A stretch of 64,000 nucleotides of DNA, taken from a bacterium (lineage in GTDB: Bacteria; JADJOY01). Under the pieces are notes generated by a model. That model was given only the letters and a program-made list of their open reading frames with translations. It was not told the DNA's origin and made no database searches. Shown here piece by piece: positions 40,446-49,971 of the stretch (position 1 is its first letter; each line of letters opens with the position of its first letter). Made by a program: the position numbers and the translations under genes. Location of the stretch: positions 310,001-374,000 of the forward strand of contig JAXLQJ010000001.1 in the NCBI GenBank assembly GCA_046331705.1, given 5' to 3'.

Positions 40446-42968
40446 TCACGGCGCCCGACGCGGAATCGCCTTGGCGTCCTCGGCGCCTGCAGCCGAGACG
40501 ATCGCTCCGCCCTCGAACTCGACGCGTTCTTCCGCGCCGCTCGTCACGGGCTCCGCGATCGGGAGGCCGAGCCACGATTCGGGGCCGCCGAGCTGCTGGT
40601 AGAGCGCGAGCGCCTTGCCTCGCACCTCGAAGCTCCGTCCGGCCAGGGAGCCGGATCGGTGCAGCACCAGCGCGCGGCCTTCGAAGCGAACCCACGTCCC
40701 CTCGCTGCCCGCGGGCGATCGCATGTCGAGCGCGGGCATGAGAGGACAACCGTAGGCCGCGGCACGCGCCGGCAAGCCAGCGGGCGTCACCCATTCGCAG
40801 CTCGCTGGCGCGGTGCCGGCGCGCGCGGATGGCGACGCGGCTCCCGGCCCCGCGGGTGACGGCGGAACCTCGAGGCGAAAGAACGCGGGCGACGGTGTGG
40901 GGCCGGCGCCCACGGACGGCGCCGGCGACGGCCCCGGCGCGCCGCTCCCCGACGAGCCGGGCGGCGAGGGAGGCGACGGCGCGGCCGGGCTCGATCCTCC
41001 GGCTTCCGTAGCCGGCGGATCGTAGAAGTACACGAGCCCGACCGTGATCCCGAGGGCGACCTGGAACTGATAGTCGAGAAACGCCTGCTCGTGAACGTTG
41101 TCGAAGGGGCCGTCGAGCTTCGCCGTGGTCGAGCTGCTCGGTACGAAGGGCTGATTCAGCGTGCCGCCGAGACTGACGGTGGGCGCAGGGGGCACCACGA
41201 CTTTCAGGTAATCGAAGAGCTCGAGCTTGGCGCTGGACGGCGAGCCGCTATCCGGCTCGCCGACTCGCTGGGCGCGCCCGGACAGCGGGATCTCGATGTG
41301 ATCGCCGTCGCAGATCTCGCGTGGCGGCGGCGTGGGCAGATCGAACGTGAACGTGTAGCTGCGCGCGGGACCGCCCGGCGGACCGCTCTCGGTCGTCTTG
41401 GCGATCACCTGCGCTTCGGTGAACGTGATGTCCGCGCGCTTCGGCGCCGGCGGAAGGTTCTCGTCGAATCGGAGGGCGATCTTTCCCGCGTGCGGCAGCG
41501 AGCGCAGCTCGTAGCCGTGGATGAGCTCGCTCTGCCCGTTCGGGTCCTCGGGAGTCACCGACGGGCTCGACGGATCGAGCTTCCACGAACCCTCGGTTCG
41601 CGCACTCTCCTGCCAGCCCACCATCGGCTGCCGGTCCGCCAGCTCGAAGCAGGGGTTGCCGACCGTCACCTCGCGACGCTGCTCGCGCAGCCGGATGCCC
41701 TCGCGGCGGGCCAGCCGTCTTCCATCCCTGCTCGCCTCGGCGACCAGCTCGCCGACGGGCAGGTGCTCGATGTCGACGCTGCTTCCTGGCGCAATCCCCG
41801 CCTTGGTCACGAGCGCGACTTCTTGCTCGCCGGTCATCGTGGGAGCGAGCTTCACCGTCACGTCGACCGGCCGGCCGTCGGGAGAGGAGAGGCTCGCCGA
41901 CACCTTCACGGCGAGCGTGCCCGCGAGCACGAACTCGTCGACTCCCGCGCGCGGGGTCGCCACCAGATTTCCCACCCCGTCGAACTTGAACTGCCGGCGC
42001 GCGGCCTTGTAGCTGGGCAGCCCACTGCCCTTCTCGCTCGTCTCGACCATTCCCGCGGTGCGCATCGCCGCCAGCACCACGGCGCCCGATCTCTCGAGAT
42101 CCGGACCCTCGGCGTGCAGCGTGAACTTCTTCTCGCGCTCGGGCGGCAGCGATGGCATCGGCAATCCGAGCGCCTGGAATTGGTGCGCGACGTAGAAGGT
42201 CTTGTAGTCGACGAGCTCGTCGCCAGCGAGCGGCTCGGGCGCCGGGTTCTCGGCGCGTAGCCGAGCCAAGACCAGATGAATCGTCGCGGAGTCGGGAACG
42301 CGGCCGCGTTTCGCCGCCTGCTCGGGAGCCACGCGCTCCAGGTACTTCAGGAGATCGCCGGCCCAGGCCTCGGCCAGGACGTACACCTTGTCCTCGGCCG
42401 CGTGCGAGAACCAGTCCACCGATCCGCCGATCGCGAGCTGATTCGCCTGCGCCTCCTGCAGCGCCTCGGCGGTGAGTGGGTAGTGACCCCAGGCGCTGCC
42501 GAAGCCGAGGTGCGGAAGCTCGTCCTGGTAGAAGTGAAGCCAGCTGCCGGGATTGAGAGCCGCGACCCCCTGCTCGAAGAGCACGCCGCGCTGCCCGGTC
42601 ACGAGCGCGTCGAGCTGCTCGGTGCCGGGCCCGAAGCCGATCACCGGGCCGGTGGCGTGGAACGCGTCGCGAAAGGCGTGGAATCGAAAGCGCGGCGTTT
42701 GGTTCGCCTCGGTGGGATCGTCGTGCTGCACCGGCTCGGTCGCCGGGTCGTAGTCGGTCGAGAGGTCGGCGGCCGCCAGCCGATAGGCCTGCTCGGGCGT
42801 GTATCCCACCTGACGCGCGAGGTAATACGTGAGCTGGAAGTGGATGTCGTCCCAGTAGGCCCGCGCTGCTCGCGGGAAGGCCAGCAGCGTCAGCGGCACC
42901 AGCAGCGCCGGCAGCACCCGCTGTGCCCGCGCCAGTCGTTTCGAGCTGCCGACCGATTCGCTCCTCAT
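40446..42968 (-). CDS. Large secreted protein: N-terminal Zn-dependent phospholipase C/P1-nuclease-like domain, Pro/Ser linker, C-terminal LGFP-like repeat
   Basis: Signal ending ARA-YWDDIH; FHAF; GSWLHFYQDELPH; YQQLGGPESWLGLPIAEP...FEGGAI. Confidence 0.65.
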   Translation of the reverse strand: MRSESVGSSKRLARAQRVLPALLVPLTLLAFPRAARAYWDDIHFQLTYYLARQVGYTPEQAYRLAAADLSTDYDPATEPVQHDDPTEANQTPRFRFHAFRDAFHATGPVIGFGPGTEQLDALVTGQRGVLFEQGVAALNPGSWLHFYQDELPHLGFGSAWGHYPLTAEALQEAQANQLAIGGSVDWFSHAAEDKVYVLAEAWAGDLLKYLERVAPEQAAKRGRVPDSATIHLVLARLRAENPAPEPLAGDELVDYKTFYVAHQFQALGLPMPSLPPEREKKFTLHAEGPDLERSGAVVLAAMRTAGMVETSEKGSGLPSYKAARRQFKFDGVGNLVATPRAGVDEFVLAGTLAVKVSASLSSPDGRPVDVTVKLAPTMTGEQEVALVTKAGIAPGSSVDIEHLPVGELVAEASRDGRRLARREGIRLREQRREVTVGNPCFELADRQPMVGWQESARTEGSWKLDPSSPSVTPEDPNGQSELIHGYELRSLPHAGKIALRFDENLPPAPKRADITFTEAQVIAKTTESGPPGGPARSYTFTFDLPTPPPREICDGDHIEIPLSGRAQRVGEPDSGSPSSAKLELFDYLKVVVPPAPTVSLGGTLNQPFVPSSSTTAKLDGPFDNVHEQAFLDYQFQVALGITVGLVYFYDPPATEAGGSSPAAPSPPSPPGSSGSGAPGPSPAPSVGAGPTPSPAFFRLEVPPSPAGPGAASPSARAGTAPASCEWVTPAGLPARAAAYGCPLMPALDMRSPAGSEGTWVRFEGRALVLHRSGSLAGRSFEVRGKALALYQQLGGPESWLGLPIAEPVTSGAEERVEFEGGAIVSAAGAEDAKAIPRRAP

Positions 42969-43273
42969 CGTCCCTCGTGGGCGAACCGCCGGGGTCTTCG
43001 AGCTCCCACCGAGCAGCACGCCCTCGAATCGTCCCGGAATCTCCACCACCCCGCAACCCAGCGGCGGTGGCGCGCGCCCCCGTGGTCGCACGCCGCGCCG
43101 CCTCCGCGCGCGTCGAGCCCCTCCGAAGCGACGGTGGCGTGCTCGGACCGTCGACTTCGCAGGCGCGTCACCGGCTTCCGTGCCTGAGCCGGCCGGGTAT
43201 CTCGCTTCGCGCATTACGCCCTGCGGCTCTCGGCGGCGGGACGTGTCCGGCCAGGGTTCGACGCACGAGGTGG

Positions 43274-43303
43274 TTGCCGTCGCGGCACGACGTACGGCAC
43301 AAT
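43274..43303 (+). promoter_or_regulatory. Putative promoter for the tRNA-Arg/tadA cluster
   Basis: TTGCCG-18 bp-CACAAT, about 70 bp upstream of the tRNA. Confidence 0.35.
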
Positions 43304-43375
43304 CAGCTCTTTCGGCGTTTCGGGCGGCGAGCGACGCCCCCGAGCTCGTCGAGCGACCCCGAAGGTCGGCAGTTT

Positions 43376-43449
43376 GCGCCCATAGCTCAGCTGGATAGAG
43401 CGTCGGACTACGAATCCGAAGGTCAGAGGTTCGAATCCTCTTGGGCGCG
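43376..43449 (+). tRNA. tRNA-Arg (anticodon ACG); CCA not encoded
   Basis: Acceptor stem GCGCCCA/TGGGCGC, D-arm AGCTCAGCTGGATAGAGC, anticodon arm TCGGA-CTACGAA-TCCGA, T-loop GGTTCGAATCC. Confidence 0.97.
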
Positions 43450-43489
43450 CCGGGAGCCGTATTGGCAACCCACGCGACATGCTCCGGAC

Positions 43490-44020
43490 ATGAAGCTCGA
43501 CGTCGATCGCATCGACCCGGGTCGCCGGAACATGCCGCAACAGGAGGAGCTGGACCGATTCTTCATGCAGGCGGCGCTCGACGAGGCTCGGCGCGCGGCG
43601 GAACTGGGCGAGGTACCGGTCGGCTGTGTGGTGGTGGTGGCCGATCGGATCGTGGCCAAAGCCAGTAACCGCACCGAGTCCCGTCAGGACCCGACCGCGC
43701 ATGCGGAGATGATCGCGGTCCGCAAGGCGACGCTTCGCTTCGGCAACTGGAGGCTCACCGACGCCACGATCTACAGCACCCTCGAGCCCTGCCCGATGTG
43801 CATGGGCGCCCTGCTGCTGGCGCGAGTCGAGCGGCTGGTGTTCGGGGCCTGGGATGGGAAAGCGGGCGCTGCCGGTTCGTTGTACGATCTGTCCCGGGAC
43901 CCGCGGCTCAATCACCGCATTCGTGTGATGAGCGGCGTCGAGGAAGAGGAGAGCCGCAGGCTCCTACAATCGTTCTTCCAGGGCGTGCGACAGCGCCGAC
44001 GCAGCGAGGGCGCTTCGTGA
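43490..44020 (+). CDS. tadA: tRNA adenosine(34) deaminase TadA (start 43490 or 43532)
   Basis: GEVPVG, DPTAHAE, TLEPCPMC, LVFGA.D.KAGA, LNH. Confidence 0.96.
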   Translation: MKLDVDRIDPGRRNMPQQEELDRFFMQAALDEARRAAELGEVPVGCVVVVADRIVAKASNRTESRQDPTAHAEMIAVRKATLRFGNWRLTDATIYSTLEPCPMCMGALLLARVERLVFGAWDGKAGAAGSLYDLSRDPRLNHRIRVMSGVEEEESRRLLQSFFQGVRQRRRSEGAS

Positions 44021-44093
44021 GACGGCCCTCGCGAGGCGCGCGCCGCCGATCGAGCGACGAAGGAAGAGAGCAGGAAGGTCACGCAATACCATT

Positions 44094-44183
44094 GGAGAGA
44101 TGGCCGAGTGGCTGAAGGCGGCGGACTCGAAATCCGCTGTGGGGGCAACTCCACCGGGGGTTCAAATCCCTCTCTCTCCGCCA
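44094..44183 (+). tRNA. tRNA-Ser (anticodon CGA)
   Basis: GGAGAGA.../TCTCTCCGCCA, anticodon arm GCGGA-CTCGAAA-TCCGC, long variable arm, GGTTCAAATCC. Confidence 0.97.
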
Positions 44184-44249
44184 GATCGTCTCGGTATTCG
44201 AGGATGGGTGCCGGGAAAGTCGCCAAGGAAATCCCGAAGGAAGAATCGA

Positions 44250-44342
44250 GGAGAGATGCCCGAGCGGCTGAAGGGGCACGATTGGAAATCGTGTGTACCT
44301 CCAAAAGGGGTACCGTGGGTTCAAATCCCACTCTCTCCGCCA
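44250..44342 (+). tRNA. tRNA-Ser (anticodon GGA)
   Basis: GGAGAGA.../TCTCTCCGCCA, anticodon arm CACGA-TTGGAAA-TCGTG, long variable arm. Confidence 0.97.
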
Positions 44343-44365
44343 CGAGAGTTCGATGGGCCATCCAC

Positions 44366-44502
44366 GTCCGCCCCTCGAAGGGTGGTGGCCGGGCCCCGCG
44401 CAATGGAGTTCCGTGAACCCCGTCAGGTCCGGAAGGAAGCAGCGGTAGCGGGTGACTTCATGTGCCGCGGATCGTCCGGTTGCCACCCTTGGAGGGGTGG
44501 AC
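44366..44502 (+). ncRNA. ffs: Signal recognition particle RNA (4.5S-type) within an extended hairpin; mature ends uncertain
   Basis: Conserved helix 8 TCAGGTCCGGAAGGAAGCAGC; complementary flanks; canonical position before dnaX. Confidence 0.93.
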
Positions 44503-44716
44503 CCCGATCCTGTTCGAGTAGCGAAGTGGTGATCGCCCGGTCTGCGCCGGTGGTGCCGCTGGCACGGGCGCCGAGCGGCCGGGTTCGGTGCGGATCGGCG
44601 CTCGCCGGACCGTCGCACACCGGCGCCAGAGGCACCTGGGCCTTCCGCGCCCCCCGGGTGGGTCGCTCCAGCACGCGCCCAAGGGCCGAACGGCCCTCGG
44701 GAAAGCGGATCGCCTC

Positions 44717-46582
44717 GTGAGCTATCTGGTCCTGGCGCGACGCGAGCGGCCTCAGCTCTTCGGCGAGGTCGTCGGCCAGCACCACGTGGTGCGCACGCTG
44801 CAGAACGCGATTCGCTCGAATCGCGTCCACCACGCGTATCTCTTCTGCGGCACGCGCGGCGTCGGCAAGACCTCCACCGCGCGCATCCTCGCCAAGGCGC
44901 TCAACTGCGACCACGGCCCAGCCGCGGAGCCGTGCAACGCCTGCTCGGCGTGCCGCGAGATCACCGAGGGCAACGCGGTCGACGTGATCGAGGTCGACGC
45001 CGCGACCCATCGTGGCGTCGAGGAAGCGCAACGCTTCCTCGAGGGCGTGCCGTATCGACCGGCGCGGCTGCGCTTCAAGTTCTACATCATCGACGAAGTC
45101 CACATGATGACGAAGCACGCGTTCAACGCGTTGCTCAAGACGTTCGAGGAGCCGCCGCCGCACGTGAAGTTCGTGCTGGCGACCACCGAGGCGCACCAGG
45201 TCCCGGACACCATTCTCTCCCGCTGCCAGCGCTTCGATTTCCGCGAGCTCGGTACGGAGGAGATCGCGGGCGCCCTGGCCAAGATCCTGGAGCGCGAGGG
45301 CGTGGCGGTGAGCCCGCGCGCGCGGTCGTGGATCGTGCGCGAGGCGCGCGGCAGCATGCGCGACGCGTTGAGCTTGCTGGATCAGGTGCTGGCTTTCGCG
45401 GCGAGCGCGTCGGTCTCCGACGAGGAAGTGCGCGAGGTGCTGGGCGGCGTCGAGGTCGAGATCATCGAGAGCGCGATTCTCGCGCTCGCGGGCCGCGATC
45501 CCGATCGCATGCTGGAAGTGGTCGCCGAGGTCGTCGCACGCGGGCACGACCTCAAATCGTTCCTCGCCTCGCTGCTGGAAGCGCTGCGCGCGGCGATGGT
45601 CGCGAAGGCCTCCGCGGGCGCCGACCGCGAGCGCGCCGGCGCGGACGAGCTGGTGCGCCTCGAGCTCTTCGAGAGCGCGAGCCTCGAGGACGTGCTGCGC
45701 TGGATCGACCAAGGGTTGCGCTGCCAGATCGAGCTGCAGCGCACGGAAGAGCCGCGCCTCACGCTCGAGACCGCGCTGGTGCGCGCGACGCTGCTCGCTC
45801 CGGTTCGCCCGCTCGCGGAAACGATCGCGCGGCTCGAGGCCCTCGAAGGCCGGCTCGGCGGCGGCGGCCATGCGTCCCTCGGCGCGCCGGCGTCCGCGCC
45901 CGCGGCGCCGAGGCCGCCAACGGCCCGCGCCGAGTCGCGACTCGATGCGCCGCCGCCGGCGAAGCCGTCTCCGGCGCCCGCTCCCGCGCCGCCCGAGCGC
46001 GCCCCCCAGAAGGCCGCGCCGCCGCCGCCTCCTGCACCGGCCCCGCGACGTGCCGCCGAGGCGCCCCCGGCGACGGCGCCCCGTGAGAGCGTCGGCGCCG
46101 CGGAGAACGCGCGTCCGCCCGGCGATCCCGCGAAGGAGCTCGCGGTGCTCACGCGTCAGCTCAAGGATCGCGATCCCCGCTCGGCCCGCTGGCTCGACCT
46201 GGCGCAGTCGATCGCCATCGACGGGAACAAGCTCAAGATCTCGCTCGAGCCGGGCATGGCGTTCGATGCGCTCAAGGAGCCCGAGACCGAGAAGCGGATC
46301 GCGGACACCGCGCGCGATGTCCTCGGCCGCGCGTTGAGCCTCGATCTCAGCGTCGCCGCGGCGAAACCGGCAGGACCGGCCGCCGCGAAGAAGAGCGCCA
46401 AGGCCGAGCCCGCCGTCGATCCCGCGCAGCTGCGCGCGATCCGCACCAAGGCGCTCGAGGATCCGATCGTCAAGCAGGCGCTCGACTTGTTCGGAGGCGA
46501 GGTGGTCGACGTACGGCCGCACACCGCCAGCGACGACAAGGGCTCGAAACCCGACAAGAAGGAGAAGGGAGGACGGCTTTGA
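44717..46582 (+). CDS. dnaX: DNA polymerase III subunit gamma/tau
   Basis: SYLVLARR.RP, GTRGVGKTS, zinc Cys cluster, IIDEVHM, TILSRCQ, GSMRDALS; long Pro/Ala linker. Confidence 0.97.
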   Translation: MSYLVLARRERPQLFGEVVGQHHVVRTLQNAIRSNRVHHAYLFCGTRGVGKTSTARILAKALNCDHGPAAEPCNACSACREITEGNAVDVIEVDAATHRGVEEAQRFLEGVPYRPARLRFKFYIIDEVHMMTKHAFNALLKTFEEPPPHVKFVLATTEAHQVPDTILSRCQRFDFRELGTEEIAGALAKILEREGVAVSPRARSWIVREARGSMRDALSLLDQVLAFAASASVSDEEVREVLGGVEVEIIESAILALAGRDPDRMLEVVAEVVARGHDLKSFLASLLEALRAAMVAKASAGADRERAGADELVRLELFESASLEDVLRWIDQGLRCQIELQRTEEPRLTLETALVRATLLAPVRPLAETIARLEALEGRLGGGGHASLGAPASAPAAPRPPTARAESRLDAPPPAKPSPAPAPAPPERAPQKAAPPPPPAPAPRRAAEAPPATAPRESVGAAENARPPGDPAKELAVLTRQLKDRDPRSARWLDLAQSIAIDGNKLKISLEPGMAFDALKEPETEKRIADTARDVLGRALSLDLSVAAAKPAGPAAAKKSAKAEPAVDPAQLRAIRTKALEDPIVKQALDLFGGEVVDVRPHTASDDKGSKPDKKEKGGRL

Positions 46583-46911
46583 GCTCGCGCTTGGGCGACT
46601 CCCTCAAGTTGCTCGGCGACTTGAGGGCGAAGATCGAGAAGATGAAGGAAGAAGCTGGCGCGATCCGCGTCGAGGGGTCGGCGGGCGGCGGCATGGTCAA
46701 GGTGATCGCCAACGCCAAGCTCGAGATCCTGTCGGTTCAGATCGAGCCCGGCATCCTGAATCCCGGCGAACGAGAGCTGGTGCAGGACTTGGTGGCTTCG
46801 GCGGTGACTTCGGCCATCTCGAAGGCGCAGACGGAGATGCGCAACAAGCTCGGCGTGGAGCTGATGGCGCTGGGCGTGCCGCTGCCGGATCTCTCCGGCC
46901 TCGTGAATTGA
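46579..46911 (+). CDS. ybaB: YbaB/EbfC nucleoid-associated protein
   Basis: VEGSAGGGMVKV, LVQDLVASA; follows dnaX. Confidence 0.92.
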   Translation: MSSRLGDSLKLLGDLRAKIEKMKEEAGAIRVEGSAGGGMVKVIANAKLEILSVQIEPGILNPGERELVQDLVASAVTSAISKAQTEMRNKLGVELMALGVPLPDLSGLVN

Positions 46912-48317
46912 CGGTGTACCGGGCCCGCGGCCGCGCGGCCCGTGCGGCGCTCGCGCTCGTCGTGGTGGCGCTGGTCGCGGGTTGCGCGTCGCGTCGCGCG
47001 CCCTCGCCGCAGCCGGCCTCGTCCGAGACCGCGATCGACGCCGTCCACGAGGCCCTCGGCGCACCGCCGCCAGGGACGTGGTGGGTGGGCGCCGCCAAGG
47101 TCGACATCACCCCGGCAGCAGCGACGTACCTCGCGGGCTTCAGCCCCGGGCGGCGTTCCACGGGAGTCCACGACCCGCTCCACGCGCGCTGCACGTTCGT
47201 CGACGACGGCCGCACGCCGCTGGTGCTGGTGGCGCTGGATCTGGTGGGCTTCCTGAATCGCGACGTGCGCGCGGCGAGCGCGCGCATCACGCGCCGATTC
47301 CCGGCGAGCGTGATTCTCGCCTCGACCCACGTGCACGCGGCGCCCGACACCCTGGGGCTTTGGGGACCGGGCTGGATCGTGCCGGTCGGCTCGGGGATCG
47401 ATCCCGACTACATCGAGCGAGTGGAGCGAGGCGTCGCGAGCTGCGCGGCCGAGGCCGCGTCGCGCGCCCGCCCCGCGACGGCGCGCTTCGCGCACGCGCA
47501 CGCGCCGGTCGATCTGTCGTACAACATCCACGCCGAGGAGCGCGCCGACACCGCCACCGCCAAGGACGACGCCGTCGACGTGGTGCGCTGGATCGATGGC
47601 GACGGCAACGGGATCGCGACGATCGTGAGCTGGGCCTGTCATCCGGAAGCGCTCGGGCGCGACAACACCTCGATCACCGCGGATTACCCCGGGGTGCTCA
47701 ACGGTGAGCTCGAGCGGCGGCTGGGCGGCACCGCGCTGCTCGTGAACGGCGCCATCGGCGGGCTCGTGACGGTGCGGGTCCCCGCAGGCGGCGCCCAGGA
47801 CTTCGCGCTCGCCGACGCGGTGGGACGACGGCTGGCGGAGACGGTCGTCGCCGCGCTCGACTCGCCGGACGCGACGTCCTGGGCTCCCCAGCCGAACGGC
47901 ATCGCGGCCGTCTCCTGCGAGGTGCAGATCCCGTTCGAGAACGGCTGGTGGCGATTCTTCCGCTGGCTCGGCCTGCTCGACATCGATCTCGACGCCGAGG
48001 GCCGCGCGAGCTCCACGGTCACCGCGTGGCGAATGGGGCCGAGCGAGTGGCTCACGGTGCCCGGCGAGATCTTTCCGAGCCTCGGCCGCCGCTACAAGGC
48101 GACGATGAGCGCACCGTTCCGGTTCCTGATCGGCCTCGGCCAGGACGAGCTCGGCTACATCATGGAAGCCGACGAGTACGCGGACGATCTCTACGGCTAC
48201 GAGCAGATGATGAGCCCCGGCCCGCAGACGGCGCCGGTGCTGAACGAGGCCGTCGATGCCGTGCTCCGCGACCTTGCCGCCGCCGAGCACGCGAGCACGT
48301 CGAGCGAAACGAGGTGA
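46908..48317 (+). CDS. Lipoprotein with neutral/alkaline ceramidase-like domain
   Basis: Lipobox LVAGC; GAAKVDITP, GVHDPL.AR, STHVHAAPD, ACHPE, TADYPG, VPGEIFP. Confidence 0.78.
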   Translation: MTVYRARGRAARAALALVVVALVAGCASRRAPSPQPASSETAIDAVHEALGAPPPGTWWVGAAKVDITPAAATYLAGFSPGRRSTGVHDPLHARCTFVDDGRTPLVLVALDLVGFLNRDVRAASARITRRFPASVILASTHVHAAPDTLGLWGPGWIVPVGSGIDPDYIERVERGVASCAAEAASRARPATARFAHAHAPVDLSYNIHAEERADTATAKDDAVDVVRWIDGDGNGIATIVSWACHPEALGRDNTSITADYPGVLNGELERRLGGTALLVNGAIGGLVTVRVPAGGAQDFALADAVGRRLAETVVAALDSPDATSWAPQPNGIAAVSCEVQIPFENGWWRFFRWLGLLDIDLDAEGRASSTVTAWRMGPSEWLTVPGEIFPSLGRRYKATMSAPFRFLIGLGQDELGYIMEADEYADDLYGYEQMMSPGPQTAPVLNEAVDAVLRDLAAAEHASTSSETR

Positions 48318-48321
48318 ATGA

Positions 48322-49911
48322 ATGGCGAGATCGAGATCGTGGCTCGCGGTGCTCGGCTGGATTCTCGCTCTCGCGTGGCTGGGGTCGTCGCCCAGCGCGC
48401 ACGCCGACGATGCCGAGCCCGCGGCGCCGCCGAGCCTCGACGTTTCGCTCGATCGCGAGGGCGACGTGCTCACGCCCGCGAGCTTCGACGTCGATCCCGA
48501 AGGATCGCAGCCGTCTCCGCTCGTGCCGCCCGCGGGAAAGCCGCTCGACGGCTCGCTCTGGGACGATTGGAACGAGCTGCTCGAGCGCCGCACCCAGCAG
48601 GTGCTGCAGCGCGAAGGCCTGTGGCGGAACACCGCCGTCCCGCTCAAAGGCATGCTGCTCGTGCAGTACAAGTACAAGACCATCCAGGTGAAGGAGCGCT
48701 TCAACGGGGACGGCGTGGCCGGCCCCACGCTCGCACCGGTGGACGTGTTCGGCGGCAAGCTCGATTTCGGGCTCACCGGCACCGGCGAGGGGCACACCTT
48801 CCAGTTCTTCTACGGCCTCACCGATCGCATCACGCTCTTCGCCGAGCAACCGTTCGGCCGCCTCACGCCCGCGTTCCACGTGCGCTACACGCCGCCCGAC
48901 GCGAGCTCCCCCACCAGCACCGCTTCGCTCCTCGACGCGATCCTGCCGCAGCTCTTCCCCGAGGACTTCACCGACTCGCTGCAGAATCTCGAGGGGCTCT
49001 GGCAGGCGATCGAGCTCTTCGGGCGTCCGCGCCCCAACACCGAGGAAGTCCTGGACGACATCCAGGTCGGTGACTTCACGTTCGGCATCGGCGCCGACTA
49101 CCTGCGCACGGACCATCTCGGCCTCGCCGCGGCGGTGAAGGTGGTGGCGCCCACCGGCCACCTGGCGAGCCCCAACGACTCGCTGATCTTCGCCCTCGGT
49201 CCCGAGCTCGACATCGGTGTCGGCTCGTGGGGGTTCCAGGGGCAGCAATGGATCGATTGGCGCTTCCCGGAGCCGCTCGGCTTCCTGTCGTGGACGCTCG
49301 AGCTCGGCTACCAGTACTACCTGCCGACCGACCGGAAATCGCCGACCAACTTCACCGAGCCGGTGGCGTTCCGGATCACGTCGCAGGAGAAGCCGGTGCT
49401 CGCGGCACTCTTCCGCTCGGTGCTGCCGCCCAGCCAGACCGAGCCGCTCGCCGGCGGCGGCTACGCCGTTCACGGGACGCTCATCGACGTGTTGCAGGCC
49501 GTCGATCCCTCGATCGCCAAGGAGCTGGCGCCGGTGTTTCCGGACCTCTCGGGCCTCGGGAAGACCTACCGCTACACGCCCGGCTCGCAGTTCGCCGCCC
49601 AGCTCCAGGCGTCGTACTCGCTCTTCGGCGTCGGGCTCGCCGGGGGCTCGGTCTTCAACTGGACCGAGTCGGCCAGCATCGAGGGCAACGTCCCGGAGTT
49701 CGCCGAGTTCGTGGACGCGGTGCAGCTCGTCGCCGAGTCGTGGCGGTGGGCGGCGTGGGGCAAGGTCTCGGTGCCGCTCTTGCCGCTCAAGATCCCCGCG
49801 ATCGTGGCCAGCGGCATCGAGTTCCAGCTCAAGGGCAAGAACGCCTTCGTCTACGAGGACAACATCGAGGTGACCTGCGGCATCATCCTGCCGTGGTTCT
49901 TCCCCGAGTGA
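48322..49911 (+). CDS. Secreted protein, possibly an outer-membrane beta-barrel (transporter-like)
   Basis: Signal peptide (AHA-DD); amphipathic strands (FFYGLTDRITL, GDFTFGIG, KVVAPTG, SGIEFQLKGKN). Confidence 0.6.
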   Translation: MARSRSWLAVLGWILALAWLGSSPSAHADDAEPAAPPSLDVSLDREGDVLTPASFDVDPEGSQPSPLVPPAGKPLDGSLWDDWNELLERRTQQVLQREGLWRNTAVPLKGMLLVQYKYKTIQVKERFNGDGVAGPTLAPVDVFGGKLDFGLTGTGEGHTFQFFYGLTDRITLFAEQPFGRLTPAFHVRYTPPDASSPTSTASLLDAILPQLFPEDFTDSLQNLEGLWQAIELFGRPRPNTEEVLDDIQVGDFTFGIGADYLRTDHLGLAAAVKVVAPTGHLASPNDSLIFALGPELDIGVGSWGFQGQQWIDWRFPEPLGFLSWTLELGYQYYLPTDRKSPTNFTEPVAFRITSQEKPVLAALFRSVLPPSQTEPLAGGGYAVHGTLIDVLQAVDPSIAKELAPVFPDLSGLGKTYRYTPGSQFAAQLQASYSLFGVGLAGGSVFNWTESASIEGNVPEFAEFVDAVQLVAESWRWAAWGKVSVPLLPLKIPAIVASGIEFQLKGKNAFVYEDNIEVTCGIILPWFFPE

Positions 49912-49971
49912 CCGGTCCTGTCGTGTTGCGTTGCCCGGGGCCGTCGACGCCCCGATGGCCACGCTCGGCTT

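Noticed and set aside
43376-44342. tRNA genes as integration sites of a genomic island
   Set aside because: No duplicated tRNA 3' end and no integrase found in the window.
45850-46582. Programmed frameshift producing the DnaX gamma subunit
   Set aside because: No A-AAA-AAG or poly-A slippery site seen; the region is a Pro/Ala linker.
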